Assembly (NCBI GenBank): GCA_963712745.1
Contig: CAVQJC010000004.1
Location: forward strand, 160,001-224,000
Length of the DNA: 64,000 nucleotides
Source: an uncultured Chloroflexia bacterium
GTDB taxonomy: Bacteria > Chloroflexota > Limnocylindria > Limnocylindrales > CSP1-4
Reading direction: 5' to 3'
Part shown: positions 20,174 to 30,707 of the stretch, piece after piece
Layout: every line of letters begins with the position of its first letter
Numbering within the stretch: position 1 is the stretch's first letter
Program-made: the position numbers and the translations under genes
The notes under the pieces: generated by a model
Seen by the model: only the letters and a program-made list of their open reading frames with translations
Told to the model about the DNA's origin: nothing
Database searches by the model: none

Positions 20174-21406
20174 CTAGGCCGACGTTCCCGACGCGGGCGA
20201 ACCTTCCACGACCGTTTCGGCCACGGCCGCGGCGATGTCGTCGGGCACGTCCAGTGAACGGTCGTCGGCCAGCCAGTCGATGACCGTACGCAAGGTGAGC
20301 AGCCCCAGCACACGACCGTCATGATCCACCACCACCCCGTTGCGGACTTCTTCGTCGAGCAGTCGCGAGGTCGCATCCTTCAGTGTCGTCCGCCTGTCGA
20401 GCAGGGGAGACATAGGGTCGGCATGGGCTTCTGCGACGCGCCCGTCAGGAGGAAGGTCGGCCAGCTCCACCCAGCCGATGGGTCGATCCGATCCGTCGAT
20501 CAGCAGCACGAAGTCGAGATCCACGGCCCGCGCACGCTGACGCAGGGCCTGGGTGGTCTCACCCGCGCGCGCCACCGGCGCGTCGGCGAGGGCCACGTCG
20601 CCGACCCGGTAGAGCGAGAGCCGCTTCAGTCCGCGGTCGGCACCCACGAAACGGGCCACGTAGTCGGAGGCGGGGTCCGCCAGCAGTTCTGCCGGCGCTC
20701 CCGCCTGGGCGATCTTCCCGCCCTGCTGCATGACCACCACGAGGTCGCCCATCTTGATGGCCTCGTCGATATCGTGGGTCACGAACAGGATGGTCTTGGC
20801 CAGGTTCTCCTGCAGACGCAGGAACTCGTTCTGCAAGCGCTCACGCACGATCGGGTCGACGGCCCCGAACGGTTCGTCCATGAGCATCACCGGCGGGTCG
20901 GCGGCCAGCGCACGCGCTACGCCCACGCGCTGTCTCTCGCCGCCCGAGAGCTGGCTGGGATAGCGGTCGCGGTACTTGCCTGGCTCAAGCCCCATGAGGG
21001 CCAGCAGCTCGTCGGAGCGGCCCGCCTGCCGCGACTTCTTCCAGCCCAGCAGACGGGGCACCGTGGCCACGTTCTGGGCGATGGTCTGGTGCGGGAAGAG
21101 TCCGACCTGCTGGATGACATAGCCGATGCCGCGGCGGAGCTCGGTGGCGTCTGTCCCGGCGATGTCGGCACCGTCGATGAGGATGCGACCACCGCTCGGC
21201 TCGATGAGCCGGTTGACCATCTTGAGCGTGGTCGTCTTGCCACAGCCGGAGGGGCCCACCAGCACACAGATGCGCCCCGCCGGCACGATCAGTGAGAGAT
21301 CCTCCACGGCACCGGGAGCACCGCTCCTGAGCGTGGCGGCGTCATAGTGCTTGCTGACGTGATCGAACTCGATCGTGGCCGCGCCCGCACCCGTGGCGTC
21401 ATCCAT
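20174..21406 (-). CDS. Osmoprotectant ABC ATP-binding protein with C-terminal CBS-like domains
   Basis: GPSGCGKT, LSGGE, MDEPFGAVDP and VTHD; TAGTGT -10 box 8 nt upstream of ATG 21406. Confidence 0.92.
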   Translation of the reverse strand: MDDATGAGAATIEFDHVSKHYDAATLRSGAPGAVEDLSLIVPAGRICVLVGPSGCGKTTTLKMVNRLIEPSGGRILIDGADIAGTDATELRRGIGYVIQQVGLFPHQTIAQNVATVPRLLGWKKSRQAGRSDELLALMGLEPGKYRDRYPSQLSGGERQRVGVARALAADPPVMLMDEPFGAVDPIVRERLQNEFLRLQENLAKTILFVTHDIDEAIKMGDLVVVMQQGGKIAQAGAPAELLADPASDYVARFVGADRGLKRLSLYRVGDVALADAPVARAGETTQALRQRARAVDLDFVLLIDGSDRPIGWVELADLPPDGRVAEAHADPMSPLLDRRTTLKDATSRLLDEEVRNGVVVDHDGRVLGLLTLRTVIDWLADDRSLDVPDDIAAAVAETVVEGSPASGTSA

Positions 21407-21472
21407 GTCGGGCGACACTAGCGCAAGTGGCGGCGAGTGTGCGTGAGCGCCGGGGCCAGTGCCGGGCCGCCC

Positions 21473-22765
21473 TCAGGCTGCTGCAGCCGCCAGTCGTCGA
21501 CGCAGGCGCGGCACGCGCCGGGCGAGGTCGCGTTCGACATGTCGATCCCGCTGCCCGTAGAGACGACTGCGCTCAGCCAGGGCTCGCGCCCGCTCGGTCG
21601 CCTGCAAGGCGGCGCGGAAGTCACGCGCGTCGTGCTCTCGGTGCTTGGCCACATGCAGCCAGGCCCAGGCCGCGTGCCTGCCACCCTCGAGGGCGATGGC
21701 GTGCCAGGCGCCCTCCGCCTCGCGTCGCTGCCCCATGCGCGTCAGGGTGCGCGCGCGATCCATGGCGATGGACTCGTAGCGCTGTGTCTCCCATGGTTCC
21801 AGCAGCCGCTCCAGCGCCGAGTCGAAGCAGGCCAGCGCCTCCTCGTGTCGGCGTTTGCGGAGATAGGCCCGACCGAGTCCGCCGAGATCGCCCGGATGCA
21901 CCGCTCCGGACGGGCGGCCCGCTCGCGCCACGGGTGCCAGGTCCAGGGCCAGCACTCGCAGCAGCAGTGCCATCGAGACCACATCCTGGCGGTTGTGCTC
22001 GAGCACCTCGCGGAGCAGGCCACCGTGTCCCGAGCGGAGGTAGTCGAGGTAGCGACTCGGCACCAGACCTCCGGGCAGATCGTGCTCTCGCCGGACGCCG
22101 CAGACCGCGCTCTCGACCGAGGCCAGGCGGGCGTCAGGCAGGCGATGCTTCCAGAGTGCGCGTGCCAGCGGCAGCAGGTCCAGGTGCTCTCCGAAGGCCG
22201 GTGGCCGACGGCCGTGGAGCCGGTAGCGCGTGACCAGCAGAGGCCAGTCGAAGGCGCGACCGTTGTACGACACCAGGCAGGCATCCTCGGGAATGAGCGC
22301 CTCGAGGGCGTCGAGGTAGCCGGCCTCGTCGGACTGTTCGGGCAGGAGCAGCTGGCGAGTGACGAACTCGTCGCCCGACCACGTGCCCACTCCGACCAGG
22401 AAGGGCACCGTGCCCGTCCCGCTGCCCAGACCCGTCGTCTCGGTGTCGAAGAGCACGAACGGGCGTGCCGGGTCGACAGGCACCGGCAGCCAGGCCAGCC
22501 CGTCGAGGTCGCGCGCGATGGGCTGGCGTGACTCGACCACCACGATGGGCCGGTCCGAGGTCTCCTCGACACGTCCGCCGACATCGGCCGCCAGAGCCCG
22601 GGCGCGGTCCGGCCGCGGTGCGGGGATATCCGCCCGTCGCATCTCCGTGGCTTCGCGCACCCGGGCGTCACGAAGGCGTTCGAGGCGCGTGCGGCGGAGT
22701 CGTCCGACACCCAGGGGATCCATGGCCGTCATCCTTTCGACGGGCCCTGCCAGCTCGCTCGTCAC
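21473..22765 (-). CDS. mrfB: MrfB/YprB-like RNase H-like exonuclease with TPR-like C-terminus
   Basis: FDTETTGL, YNG..FDWP and HN.QD (DEDDh) motifs; GTGA overlap with the upstream helicase. Confidence 0.8.
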   Translation of the reverse strand: MTSELAGPVERMTAMDPLGVGRLRRTRLERLRDARVREATEMRRADIPAPRPDRARALAADVGGRVEETSDRPIVVVESRQPIARDLDGLAWLPVPVDPARPFVLFDTETTGLGSGTGTVPFLVGVGTWSGDEFVTRQLLLPEQSDEAGYLDALEALIPEDACLVSYNGRAFDWPLLVTRYRLHGRRPPAFGEHLDLLPLARALWKHRLPDARLASVESAVCGVRREHDLPGGLVPSRYLDYLRSGHGGLLREVLEHNRQDVVSMALLLRVLALDLAPVARAGRPSGAVHPGDLGGLGRAYLRKRRHEEALACFDSALERLLEPWETQRYESIAMDRARTLTRMGQRREAEGAWHAIALEGGRHAAWAWLHVAKHREHDARDFRAALQATERARALAERSRLYGQRDRHVERDLARRVPRLRRRLAAAAA

Positions 22766-25068
22766 GCCGCGGCCTCGGCCACGATGCCCGTCGCGACCGC
22801 TTCGACCCCGGTGAGGAGCCGCAGCAGGCGGGTGCTGAGAGCGCGACCATCGAGACGACTCTCGCCGCGGGGGCCCACACAGGCTGGGCAGCCGATCTCA
22901 CAGTCACACCCGGTGACGAGGTCAAGCGCGCCCTCGAGAAGTTCCTCGGTGCGATCGAACAGGCGTGGCGACATGCCCACGCCGCCCGGTGCTGCTTCCC
23001 ACAGGTAGATGACCGGCCGCTCGGCGTGAGGCGACTGTACTTGCGCGACCATGCCCAGATCGCGCGGGTCCGCCATCAGGAGCACGCTGGCCACGGTCTG
23101 CAAGGCGCGACCGGCGCCGACCAGCGCAGCATCGAGCTCGTCCCGCTTCCAGCCGGCAGCAGCGGTGGGGTCAAGGGCCACCCACCAGGCGGTGGTATGC
23201 AGCTCCATCTCCGGCAGATGGATATGGCCCCAGCCGACGTTCTCGTGCGTGTCGAGCTTGAGCTTCTTGAAGATGGTGGCGATGGAGCTGATCATGACCT
23301 CGCCGTGCTGGCGGCTGCCCGCTGTCCGTGGCGCCTCGTCGAAGACCTCCAGCGGCTTCAGCGTCACCGCCAGCTCTGCCTGCGTGTAGTAGTCGCTGTC
23401 GACAGGGCGCACGAGGGCCTTGCGCTCCTCCCAGTCGAGCTCGTCCACGTGATACTGCTGCGAATCGTGCAGGTAGATGGCCTTCTCGTGGACCAGCACA
23501 CGGGCCGCGAAGAGGTCCACCTCGCCCAGCACCCGTGGCCGCTCGGGACCGGTGTCGATGATGAGTACGTTCTCCGGCGCGCCCAGGCGCAGGTTGATCT
23601 CCGAGGCCGGGAAGTTCTCGCTGGCCCAGTACCAGCGCCCGTCGGCTGCCTGGCGGACATGGGCCTCCTCCGCGAGGAAGGCCAGCATGTCGTCGGCCGG
23701 GGCGGAACCGAAGACCTCGCCCGGCGCGAAGGGCAGCTCGAATGCGGCCGCGCGCAGGTGGGCCAGCAGCACGTGCAGGTTCTCCGGGTCCAGGCGGGCT
23801 TCCTCCGGGGTCGCCTCGAAGAGGTACTGGGGGTGCGTGGCCACGTAGCGGTCGAGCGCGCCTGCGCCGGCCACGAGGATGGACACGCTCGTCTCCGCAC
23901 GTCGACCCGAGCGACCCATCTGCTGCCAGGTGGCAGCGATGGTGCCGGGGTAGCCCGCGAGGATGGAGGCATCGAGCGCCCCGATGTCGATGCCCAGCTC
24001 GAGAGCGCTCGTCGAGACCACGCCCAGGACCTCGCCGCTGCGCAGACCCGACTCGATGGCACGCCGTTCGCTGGGCAGGTATCCCGAGCGGTATCCCCGG
24101 ATGCGATCGATCGGCCCGCGGCCTTCACGCATGGCCTCGCGCAGCGAGCTCAGCAGCAGCTCCACGGCCACGCGCGCCCGCCCGAAGACGATCGTCTGCC
24201 GGCCCGCCCGCAGGAAGCAGAGCGCCGCGCGGTAGGACAGGCCGTGCGGCCCGGGGCGTACGCCGGTGCGCCGGTCGAGGGGAGGCGGGTCCAGCACGAC
24301 CACGTGCCGTTCGCCCTGCGGTGCACCACTCCTGTCGATGACCCGGAATGGCCGGCCGGTGAGCGTCTCCGCCAGCTCCCCTGGATTGCCCACCGTGGCC
24401 GATGAGCAGACGATGCGTGGATGGCTGCCGTAGTGAGCGCAGATGCGCAACAGCCGGCGCAGCACGTTGGCCACGTGACTGCCGAAGATGCCGCGGTAGG
24501 TATGGGCCTCGTCGATGACGATGTAGCGCAGCTGCTCGAAGAGCTGGAACCACTTGGTGTGATGTGGCAGTACCGCGGTGCTGAGCATGTCCGGGTTGGT
24601 GACGACGACCTGGCCGGCCTCGCGGACCACGGCCCGGATGGGCGCCGGCGTGTCCCCGTCGTAGACCGCGGCCGAGAGGTCCAGTTCCGCCAGCTCGGAG
24701 AGGTCACGGAACTCGGCCAGCTGGTCCTGGCTCAGCGCTTTGGTGGGAAACAGGTAGAGCGCGCGGGCGGCGGGATCGGCGCAGATCTCCTGCAGCACCG
24801 GCAGGTTGTAGCAGAGCGACTTGCCCGAGGCAGTGGGCGTGACGATGACCACGTCTTGCCCGGCGTGGAGCGCGTCGAGCGCCTCGCGTTGGTGGCTGTA
24901 GAGCGCGCTGATGCCCCGGCGCTCCACCGCCCGGACCAGCCGCGGGTCGAGCCATCGGGGCAGGGGAGCGTACGTCGCTTCCTGCGCCGGCAGCACGGTC
25001 CGAGCCGCGACGGCCTCCGCCACCCCCGGCTCGGCGAGGAAACGTTCGAGCGCATCGAGCGCCGACAT
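22762..25068 (-). CDS. mrfA: MrfA/YprA-like DEAH helicase with DUF1998 Zn domain
   Basis: TPTASGKS, PTKAL, DEAH, SAT, LELGIDIG, QMGRSGR and C-terminal C.C..GCPAC. Confidence 0.9.
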   Translation of the reverse strand: MSALDALERFLAEPGVAEAVAARTVLPAQEATYAPLPRWLDPRLVRAVERRGISALYSHQREALDALHAGQDVVIVTPTASGKSLCYNLPVLQEICADPAARALYLFPTKALSQDQLAEFRDLSELAELDLSAAVYDGDTPAPIRAVVREAGQVVVTNPDMLSTAVLPHHTKWFQLFEQLRYIVIDEAHTYRGIFGSHVANVLRRLLRICAHYGSHPRIVCSSATVGNPGELAETLTGRPFRVIDRSGAPQGERHVVVLDPPPLDRRTGVRPGPHGLSYRAALCFLRAGRQTIVFGRARVAVELLLSSLREAMREGRGPIDRIRGYRSGYLPSERRAIESGLRSGEVLGVVSTSALELGIDIGALDASILAGYPGTIAATWQQMGRSGRRAETSVSILVAGAGALDRYVATHPQYLFEATPEEARLDPENLHVLLAHLRAAAFELPFAPGEVFGSAPADDMLAFLAEEAHVRQAADGRWYWASENFPASEINLRLGAPENVLIIDTGPERPRVLGEVDLFAARVLVHEKAIYLHDSQQYHVDELDWEERKALVRPVDSDYYTQAELAVTLKPLEVFDEAPRTAGSRQHGEVMISSIATIFKKLKLDTHENVGWGHIHLPEMELHTTAWWVALDPTAAAGWKRDELDAALVGAGRALQTVASVLLMADPRDLGMVAQVQSPHAERPVIYLWEAAPGGVGMSPRLFDRTEELLEGALDLVTGCDCEIGCPACVGPRGESRLDGRALSTRLLRLLTGVEAVATGIVAEAAA

Positions 25069-25106
25069 CGGTTGATGGAGTCTCATCGCGACGACCTCGA
25101 GTAAAA

Positions 25107-25120
25107 CGACCATCCGTTCG
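25107..25120. promoter_or_regulatory. Putative LexA (Cheo-type) SOS box upstream of mrfAB
   Basis: CGACCATCCGTTCG, one mismatch from CGAAC-N4-GTTCG. Confidence 0.5.
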
Positions 25121-25155
25121 GTTTGCGCAGTGAGTCTATCAGGCCCCGTCCACGT

Positions 25156-25185
25156 TTGACACCTCATCGGTCCGCTCTCTAGGCT
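25156..25185 (+). promoter_or_regulatory. Sigma70-type promoter for a leaderless transcript
   Basis: TTGACA-18 bp-TAGGCT, 8 nt before ATG 25194. Confidence 0.65.
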
Positions 25186-25193
25186 CGTCCCAG

Positions 25194-25586
25194 ATGTCGT
25201 CTCTACGTCAGACCTCGCTCCAGGGCCGACGGGCCCTCGGCCTGTTCGTGGGGCTCGCGCTGGTGGTCTTGCTGCTCGCCGTATTCACCGGGGCACTTAC
25301 GCGCTCGACGGACATCGAGTCCCGGGCCGAGCAGGCCAGGGCCGAGATCCGCCTGCTGCAGGACCGGGTGGCCGCTGGCGATGCGGAAGTGGCATTCATC
25401 CAGAGCGACGACTTCGTCCAGCAGCAGGCACGTGCCGTCGGTTTCGGCGAGAAGGGCGAGAAGGTCTTCGCACTGCCTCCGAACGCACCCGTGCCTGACC
25501 CCATCGTGCCCATCGGCCCGGTCGACGCCGAGGGTCCCGCCAAGGCCCCATTCGACGCCTGGATGGAGCTGCTCTTCGGCGCCTAG
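25194..25586 (+). CDS. Septum formation initiator (FtsB/DivIC)-like protein
   Basis: Single N-terminal TM helix, coiled coil, then AR..G...GE.VF motif. Confidence 0.7.
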   Translation: MSSLRQTSLQGRRALGLFVGLALVVLLLAVFTGALTRSTDIESRAEQARAEIRLLQDRVAAGDAEVAFIQSDDFVQQQARAVGFGEKGEKVFALPPNAPVPDPIVPIGPVDAEGPAKAPFDAWMELLFGA

Positions 25587-25592
25587 CCCGTG

Positions 25593-26585
25593 CTAGCGGT
25601 CCCTGTCCTCGTCGACCAGGTCCGGCGCGGCCGCGTCGCGACGGGCACGCAGGTCGAAGTAGAGCACCGCGGTGAGCACCGGCGCGAGCGGCGCCAACAG
25701 GAGTGTGCCCAGCGCCAGGGCCACGCTCTCCGCCACCAGTTCGTCGAGTCCCAGCGTCGGCGCAAGCACGCCGACCAGCAGTAGTGCCAAGAGCTGCGAT
25801 AGCACGGCCGCCCCGACCGCCGTGATCAAAGCCGCCAAGACGGCGATGACGAAGATGCGCCAGACGTTGTCCCCGCTGAGGTACCAGCTGCGCGACATCG
25901 CCCCGCGCCAGCCGAGGTCCTCGTTGACCATGGCCGGGAAGGCCGGCGCCCAACGCATCGTGAGGTAGGCGACTCCGACCACCAGGGCGACCCCGATGAC
26001 CAGGGCGATGAAGACCCCGGGTCCACCAGAGCCGATGGAAGCGGTGGGCAGGATGGTCGTGGCCAGCGACATGCCCAGGAGCCCGAGGACGGCCACGCCC
26101 ACGATGAGCAACGAGGTGAGCAGGATGAACACGAGCGCGCTGGGCACGCGCCGCAGGCTCGTACGCAGGACCGGTCCCAGCTCGGCTGGGCGAGCGTGGT
26201 AGTCGTCGGCCACCACCAGGCTGAAGGCGAGAGCACCGAGACTGGCCAAGACTCCGGCTACGAGCGAGGCCAGGACGTAGGGCGCGAGCGCATCGAGGAG
26301 CCGATCCAGCTCAGGGCCGCCGATGGTCAGCTCAGGGTCGATGACCCCGTCGCTGATGCCGGGGAAGATGTCCAGCGCGACCTCGTTGAAGCGGATGCCC
26401 GTGGCCGCTGTGAGCAGGGCGCCGGGACCCGCGAAGAGCAGCGCCAGCACCAGCATCACCGACCAGTGCCGGCGGAGGATGCGCACACCCACGTCGAGGA
26501 TCATGCCCAGGCGCATCGGCTGTGGACGTGCCCCGGACGGGGCTGGGGGTGGGGTGCTCGGTTCCCAGTCGGGACCGCCTGACAT
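25593..26585 (-). CDS. Polytopic membrane protein (GDPD membrane-anchor-like)
   Basis: P.RLG.ILD, RSW.L..G and LYFDLR motifs; about 6 TM helices. Confidence 0.7.
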   Translation of the reverse strand: MSGGPDWEPSTPPPAPSGARPQPMRLGMILDVGVRILRRHWSVMLVLALLFAGPGALLTAATGIRFNEVALDIFPGISDGVIDPELTIGGPELDRLLDALAPYVLASLVAGVLASLGALAFSLVVADDYHARPAELGPVLRTSLRRVPSALVFILLTSLLIVGVAVLGLLGMSLATTILPTASIGSGGPGVFIALVIGVALVVGVAYLTMRWAPAFPAMVNEDLGWRGAMSRSWYLSGDNVWRIFVIAVLAALITAVGAAVLSQLLALLLVGVLAPTLGLDELVAESVALALGTLLLAPLAPVLTAVLYFDLRARRDAAAPDLVDEDRDR

Positions 26586-26605
26586 GGACACGAGCGTCGT
26601 CCGTG

Positions 26606-26797
26606 CTAGTCGGACGTATTCGAGCGTCGGCCCAGGCGGCCCAGCACCTGGTAGCCCACGGCCAGCCCTACGGCCAGGACCGCGATACCCAGGGTGACGA
26701 CCTGATCGTAGGTCGCCCGGAAGCGGATGCGCATCATGGTGCCGTCGGCGGCCAGGGCATCGCTGACCAGGGCGAGGATCGTACGAATGGCGCTCAT
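26606..26797 (-). CDS. Small membrane hypothetical protein
   Basis: 63 aa, one hydrophobic helix, GC3-rich codons. Confidence 0.45.
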   Translation of the reverse strand: MSAIRTILALVSDALAADGTMMRIRFRATYDQVVTLGIAVLAVGLAVGYQVLGRLGRRSNTSD

Positions 26798-26900
26798 CAA
26801 CCCCGAGTGTGCCACGGCCGGGGCTTGCTCGTGGCCGCCCGCCGCTGGAAGCACCGGCGGACGCGCGCCAGGCCACACCGGGAAGGTGGGAATTCGGAAG

Positions 26901-26975
26901 TGGTGGCTGGGGGCAGATTCGAACTGCCGACCTAACGATTATGAGCCGTTTGCTCTGCCGCTGAGCTACCCAGCC
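26901..26975 (-). tRNA. tRNA with CAT anticodon, most likely elongator tRNA-Met
   Basis: GGCTGGG/CCCAGCC acceptor stem, TAGCTCAG D arm, CTCATAA loop, GTTCGAATC T loop, encoded CCA; paired G1-C72 excludes initiator. Confidence 0.92.
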
Positions 26976-27157
26976 ACAGGGTTCGCGCAGGTCATGGTAG
27001 CCCAAAGCGGAGATCCGCAGCGACCTCCGCGGGCCGCGCGCGGTGCCTGGTGGCCCCGCATGTCACCGTCTCGAGATAAGCCTTTCCGCGCTCCCGCCTA
27101 TAATCACGACTCCGGCCCGCTCATCAGGGCGCCTCACTCTCGAAGGCAGGTCTTTCC

Positions 27158-29152
27158 TTGAATAGTCGCTTCATGCGCAATGGGCTTCTGACCCTCGTAC
27201 TCGTCGTCGGTACGGCCGCGCTGCTCTACCTCTTCCTCTTCAATGACCAGGAACCGGAGACCATCCCGTACAGCGGCTCCGCGACCTCCTTCCTCGACCG
27301 CGTGGCCGCGGGCGAGGTCGAGTCGGTCCTGACTCGCGGGGAAGCCCTGGAAGTGACGCTGAAAGCCAAGGACGACGACGGCCAGAGCATGGTCCTCGAG
27401 TCGTGGATCCCGGCCCAGTTCACCACGACCGTGCAGGAGGACATCCGCGCCACGTGCGACGCCAGCAGCGAGTGTGACCGCGTGGAGTTCAACGGTCAGC
27501 AGGCCGATGACGGCAACGCCTTCTTCGGGCTCCTGCTGTCGATGCTCTTCCCCATCCTCCTCATCGGCGTGTTCCTGTGGTTCATGTTCCGCCAGGCCCA
27601 AGGCAGCAACAACCAGGCCATGAGCTTCGGACGCAGCCGCGCCCGCATGTTCGTGGGCAACAAGACGGTCGTCACCTTCAGCGATGTGGCCGGCGTGGAC
27701 GAGGCCAAGACGGAGCTGCAGGAGGTCGTCGAATTCCTCAAGTACCCCGAGAAGTTCAACTCGCTTGGCGCGCGTATCCCCCGCGGCGTGCTGCTGGTGG
27801 GCCCGCCAGGCACGGGCAAGACGCTGCTCGCGCGGGCCGTCGCCGGTGAGGCCGGCGTGCCCTTCTTCAGCATCTCCGGCTCCGAGTTCGTGGAGATGTT
27901 CGTGGGCGTGGGTGCCAGCCGCGTGCGCGACCTCTTCGACCAGGCCAAGCGCAACAGCCCCTGCATCGTCTTCGTCGACGAGATCGACGCGGTCGGCCGC
28001 CAGCGCGGTGCCGGCCTGGGTGGGTCACACGATGAGCGAGAGCAGACGCTGAACCAGATCCTCGTGGAGATGGACGGCTTCGACACCAACACCAACGTCA
28101 TCGTGGTGGCGGCGACCAACCGTCCCGACGTGCTCGACCCGGCACTGCTGCGCCCCGGCCGTTTCGACCGCCAGGTCATCCTCGACCGACCGGACATGAA
28201 GGGCCGCCTGGAGATCCTCAACGTCCACGTCAAGGGCAAGCCGCTCGACAAGGACATCGACCTGCCCAGCGTGGCCAAGCAGTCGCCTGGCTTCTCCGGG
28301 GCCGACCTCGCCAACCTCGTGAACGAGGCGGCCATCCTGGCTGCTCGGCGCAACCGCAAGACCATCAGCACGCCCGAGTTCAACGAAGCGCTGGAGCGCG
28401 TGGTGGCCGGTCCCGAGCGCAAGAGCCGCATCATCAGCGACGAGGAGAAGGCCATCATCGCCTACCACGAGGGTGGTCACGCCATGGTCCAGCGCGTGCT
28501 GCCCAAGTGCGACCCCGTGGTCAAGGTCAGCATCATCAGCCGCGGTATGGCTCTGGGCTACACCATGGGCCTGCCCATGGAGGATCGCTACCTGCAGTCG
28601 AAGACCGAGTTCGAGGACAAGATCGCGGGCATGCTCGGCGGTACCGTCTCCGAGCGCCTGATGTTCGGCGACATCACCACCGGCGCCGCCAACGACATCG
28701 AGAAGGCCACCGACCTGGCTCGGCGCATGGTCACCGAGTTCGGCATGAGCGAGAAGCTCGGTCCGATGTCGTGGGGCAAGCACGAGGAGATGGTCTTTCT
28801 CGGTCGTTCGATGGGGGAGCAGCGCAACTACTCCGACGACGTGGCCAAGATGATCGACGACGAGGTCCGGGCCATCATGGACCGGGCCTACGAGCGCGCC
28901 ACCGAGGTGCTCACCAGGTACCAGGATCGTCTCACCGAGCTGGCCGAAGCGCTGGTGGCGAAGGAGACCATCGAAGCAGCCGAGTTCGAGGCCATGTTCG
29001 CCGACATCCCCGATCCGCGGAAGGAGCCGGGCGGCTCGCCGACGCCCAAGCTGGCCACGCCGCTGGTGGGTCTCTCCGGGCCCAAGGACCAGCCTGACAA
29101 GGAGCCGCCCGCGGCCCCCGAGTCGCCCACGCCGACACCGCAGCCGGCCTAG
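27158..29152 (+). CDS. ftsH: ATP-dependent Zn metalloprotease FtsH
   Basis: 2 TM helices, [25 protein letters not shown] and HEGGH; TATAAT at 27099-27104. Confidence 0.97.
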   Translation: MNSRFMRNGLLTLVLVVGTAALLYLFLFNDQEPETIPYSGSATSFLDRVAAGEVESVLTRGEALEVTLKAKDDDGQSMVLESWIPAQFTTTVQEDIRATCDASSECDRVEFNGQQADDGNAFFGLLLSMLFPILLIGVFLWFMFRQAQGSNNQAMSFGRSRARMFVGNKTVVTFSDVAGVDEAKTELQEVVEFLKYPEKFNSLGARIPRGVLLVGPPGTGKTLLARAVAGEAGVPFFSISGSEFVEMFVGVGASRVRDLFDQAKRNSPCIVFVDEIDAVGRQRGAGLGGSHDEREQTLNQILVEMDGFDTNTNVIVVAATNRPDVLDPALLRPGRFDRQVILDRPDMKGRLEILNVHVKGKPLDKDIDLPSVAKQSPGFSGADLANLVNEAAILAARRNRKTISTPEFNEALERVVAGPERKSRIISDEEKAIIAYHEGGHAMVQRVLPKCDPVVKVSIISRGMALGYTMGLPMEDRYLQSKTEFEDKIAGMLGGTVSERLMFGDITTGAANDIEKATDLARRMVTEFGMSEKLGPMSWGKHEEMVFLGRSMGEQRNYSDDVAKMIDDEVRAIMDRAYERATEVLTRYQDRLTELAEALVAKETIEAAEFEAMFADIPDPRKEPGGSPTPKLATPLVGLSGPKDQPDKEPPAAPESPTPTPQPA

Positions 29153-29204
29153 GACCGGGCGCAGTCCCGGCACGACCGCACCGTAGAGCCGGGGGAGGGG
29201 TCCC

Positions 29205-30584
29205 GTGAGCAAGCCCATCGAGGCCGTCGAGGCCTACCTGGCGACGACGACCGAGGAGCGTCTGGAGGAGTTCAAGGAGTTCGTGCGTATCCCCACCATC
29301 GGGGTGATGTCCGAGCACGAGCCCGACGTCCTGGCCGGCGCCGAGTGGCTCGCCGCGCGCATGCGCGATATCGGACTCGAGCACGTGGAGGTCTCGCCTA
29401 CCGCGGGACATCCGGTGGTCTACGCCGACTGGCTGCATGCAGAAGGCGCACCGACCGTGGTCGTCTACGCCCATTACGACGTCCAGCCGGTCGATCCGCT
29501 CGACCTGTGGGTACGCCCGCCGTTCGAGCCGCGGGTCGAAGATGGCCGCATCTATGGCCGCGGTGTGGCAGATGACAAGGGCCAGGTCCATCTGCACCTG
29601 TGGGCGGCGAGGGCCTGGCTTCGGACCCAGGGACGCTTGCCCCTCAACGTCCGCTACGTCATCGAAGGCGAAGAGGAGGCCGGCTCGCCCCACTTCGAGG
29701 CCTGGCTCGCCGCCAACGCCGGCCGACTGTCGGGTGACCTCGTGGTCGTCTCCGATACCGGCTTCTACGAAGGCAACCACCCGGCGCTGACCGTGTCGCT
29801 GCGGGGGAACACCTACATCCAGCTCGACGTCTACGGTCCTTCGCAGGACCTTCATTCGGGTGGTTTCGGCGGCGTAGTCCAGAACCCGGCCAACGCTCTG
29901 GTACGGATCCTGGCCTCGCTCCGGGACGGCGAGGGTCGCATCACCGTGCCCGGCTTCTACGACGAGGCTCCGGTGCTGGATGACGCCGCACGAGCGGAAT
30001 TCGCACGACTGCCGTTCGACGAGGCCGCCTTTGCCGAGGGCATCGGCGTTTCGCAGCTCTTCGGCGAGCCCGGCTACAGCCCGCTCGAGCGGAAGGGCAT
30101 GCGCCCGACCCTCGACGTCTGCGGCATCTGGTCGGGTTTCACCGGGGAAGGCAGCAAGACCATCATCCCGGCGCATGCTCACGCCAAGTTCTCCTGCCGC
30201 CTGGCGCCCGGCATGGACCCGAAGGCGACCTACGAGCGGGTCCGCCAGGCTATCCTCGCGGTCGATGTCCCCGGCGTCGAGGTCGAGATCCGCCAACTGG
30301 ACGAGATGTGGCCGTTCGTGGTCAGCCCGGAGCACCCGGCCGCCCGTACCGCAGCAGCCTGCCTGCGTGAGGTCTTCGGGCAGGATCCGTACCTCATCTG
30401 CGAGGGGGGATCGATCGGTGCCGTGGCCAGCTTCGACAAGGTCCTGCGACGGCCGATCGTGATTCTCGGCTTCACCAATCCCGACGACAACGCCCATTCG
30501 CCGAACGAATCGCTGGTCCTGGCCAACTACGAAGGTGGAGCTCGGACCATCGCCCGCTACTGGGAAGCGCTCGCGGCAGACTAG
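29205..30584 (+). CDS. M20/M25/M40 family dipeptidase
   Basis: YAHYDVQP, GRGVADDKG, EGEEE, DLHSG and HSPNE motifs. Confidence 0.92.
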   Translation: MSKPIEAVEAYLATTTEERLEEFKEFVRIPTIGVMSEHEPDVLAGAEWLAARMRDIGLEHVEVSPTAGHPVVYADWLHAEGAPTVVVYAHYDVQPVDPLDLWVRPPFEPRVEDGRIYGRGVADDKGQVHLHLWAARAWLRTQGRLPLNVRYVIEGEEEAGSPHFEAWLAANAGRLSGDLVVVSDTGFYEGNHPALTVSLRGNTYIQLDVYGPSQDLHSGGFGGVVQNPANALVRILASLRDGEGRITVPGFYDEAPVLDDAARAEFARLPFDEAAFAEGIGVSQLFGEPGYSPLERKGMRPTLDVCGIWSGFTGEGSKTIIPAHAHAKFSCRLAPGMDPKATYERVRQAILAVDVPGVEVEIRQLDEMWPFVVSPEHPAARTAAACLREVFGQDPYLICEGGSIGAVASFDKVLRRPIVILGFTNPDDNAHSPNESLVLANYEGGARTIARYWEALAAD

Positions 30585-30707
30585 TACCGCTGGGTCCCGT
30601 GCACTAGGAGGGTTGGGTCGCCCTTGACAGCACCACTACGTTGCTAGAGTCCGTTCCGTGGAAGCCTGTCGCATGGAGAACGTGAGGCCTCGGCCTCGCC
30701 TGCCGCT

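Noticed and set aside
22465-24405. Long antisense and alternate-frame ORFs here and throughout (e.g. 59376-61436, 28932-30497)
   Set aside because: Shadow ORFs of high-GC genes with no recognisable motifs
26901-26975. tRNA as an integration site, or as tRNA-Ile2
   Set aside because: No duplicated 3' end or adjacent integrase found; acceptor stem (GGCU) looks more like elongator Met, though Ile2 is not excluded
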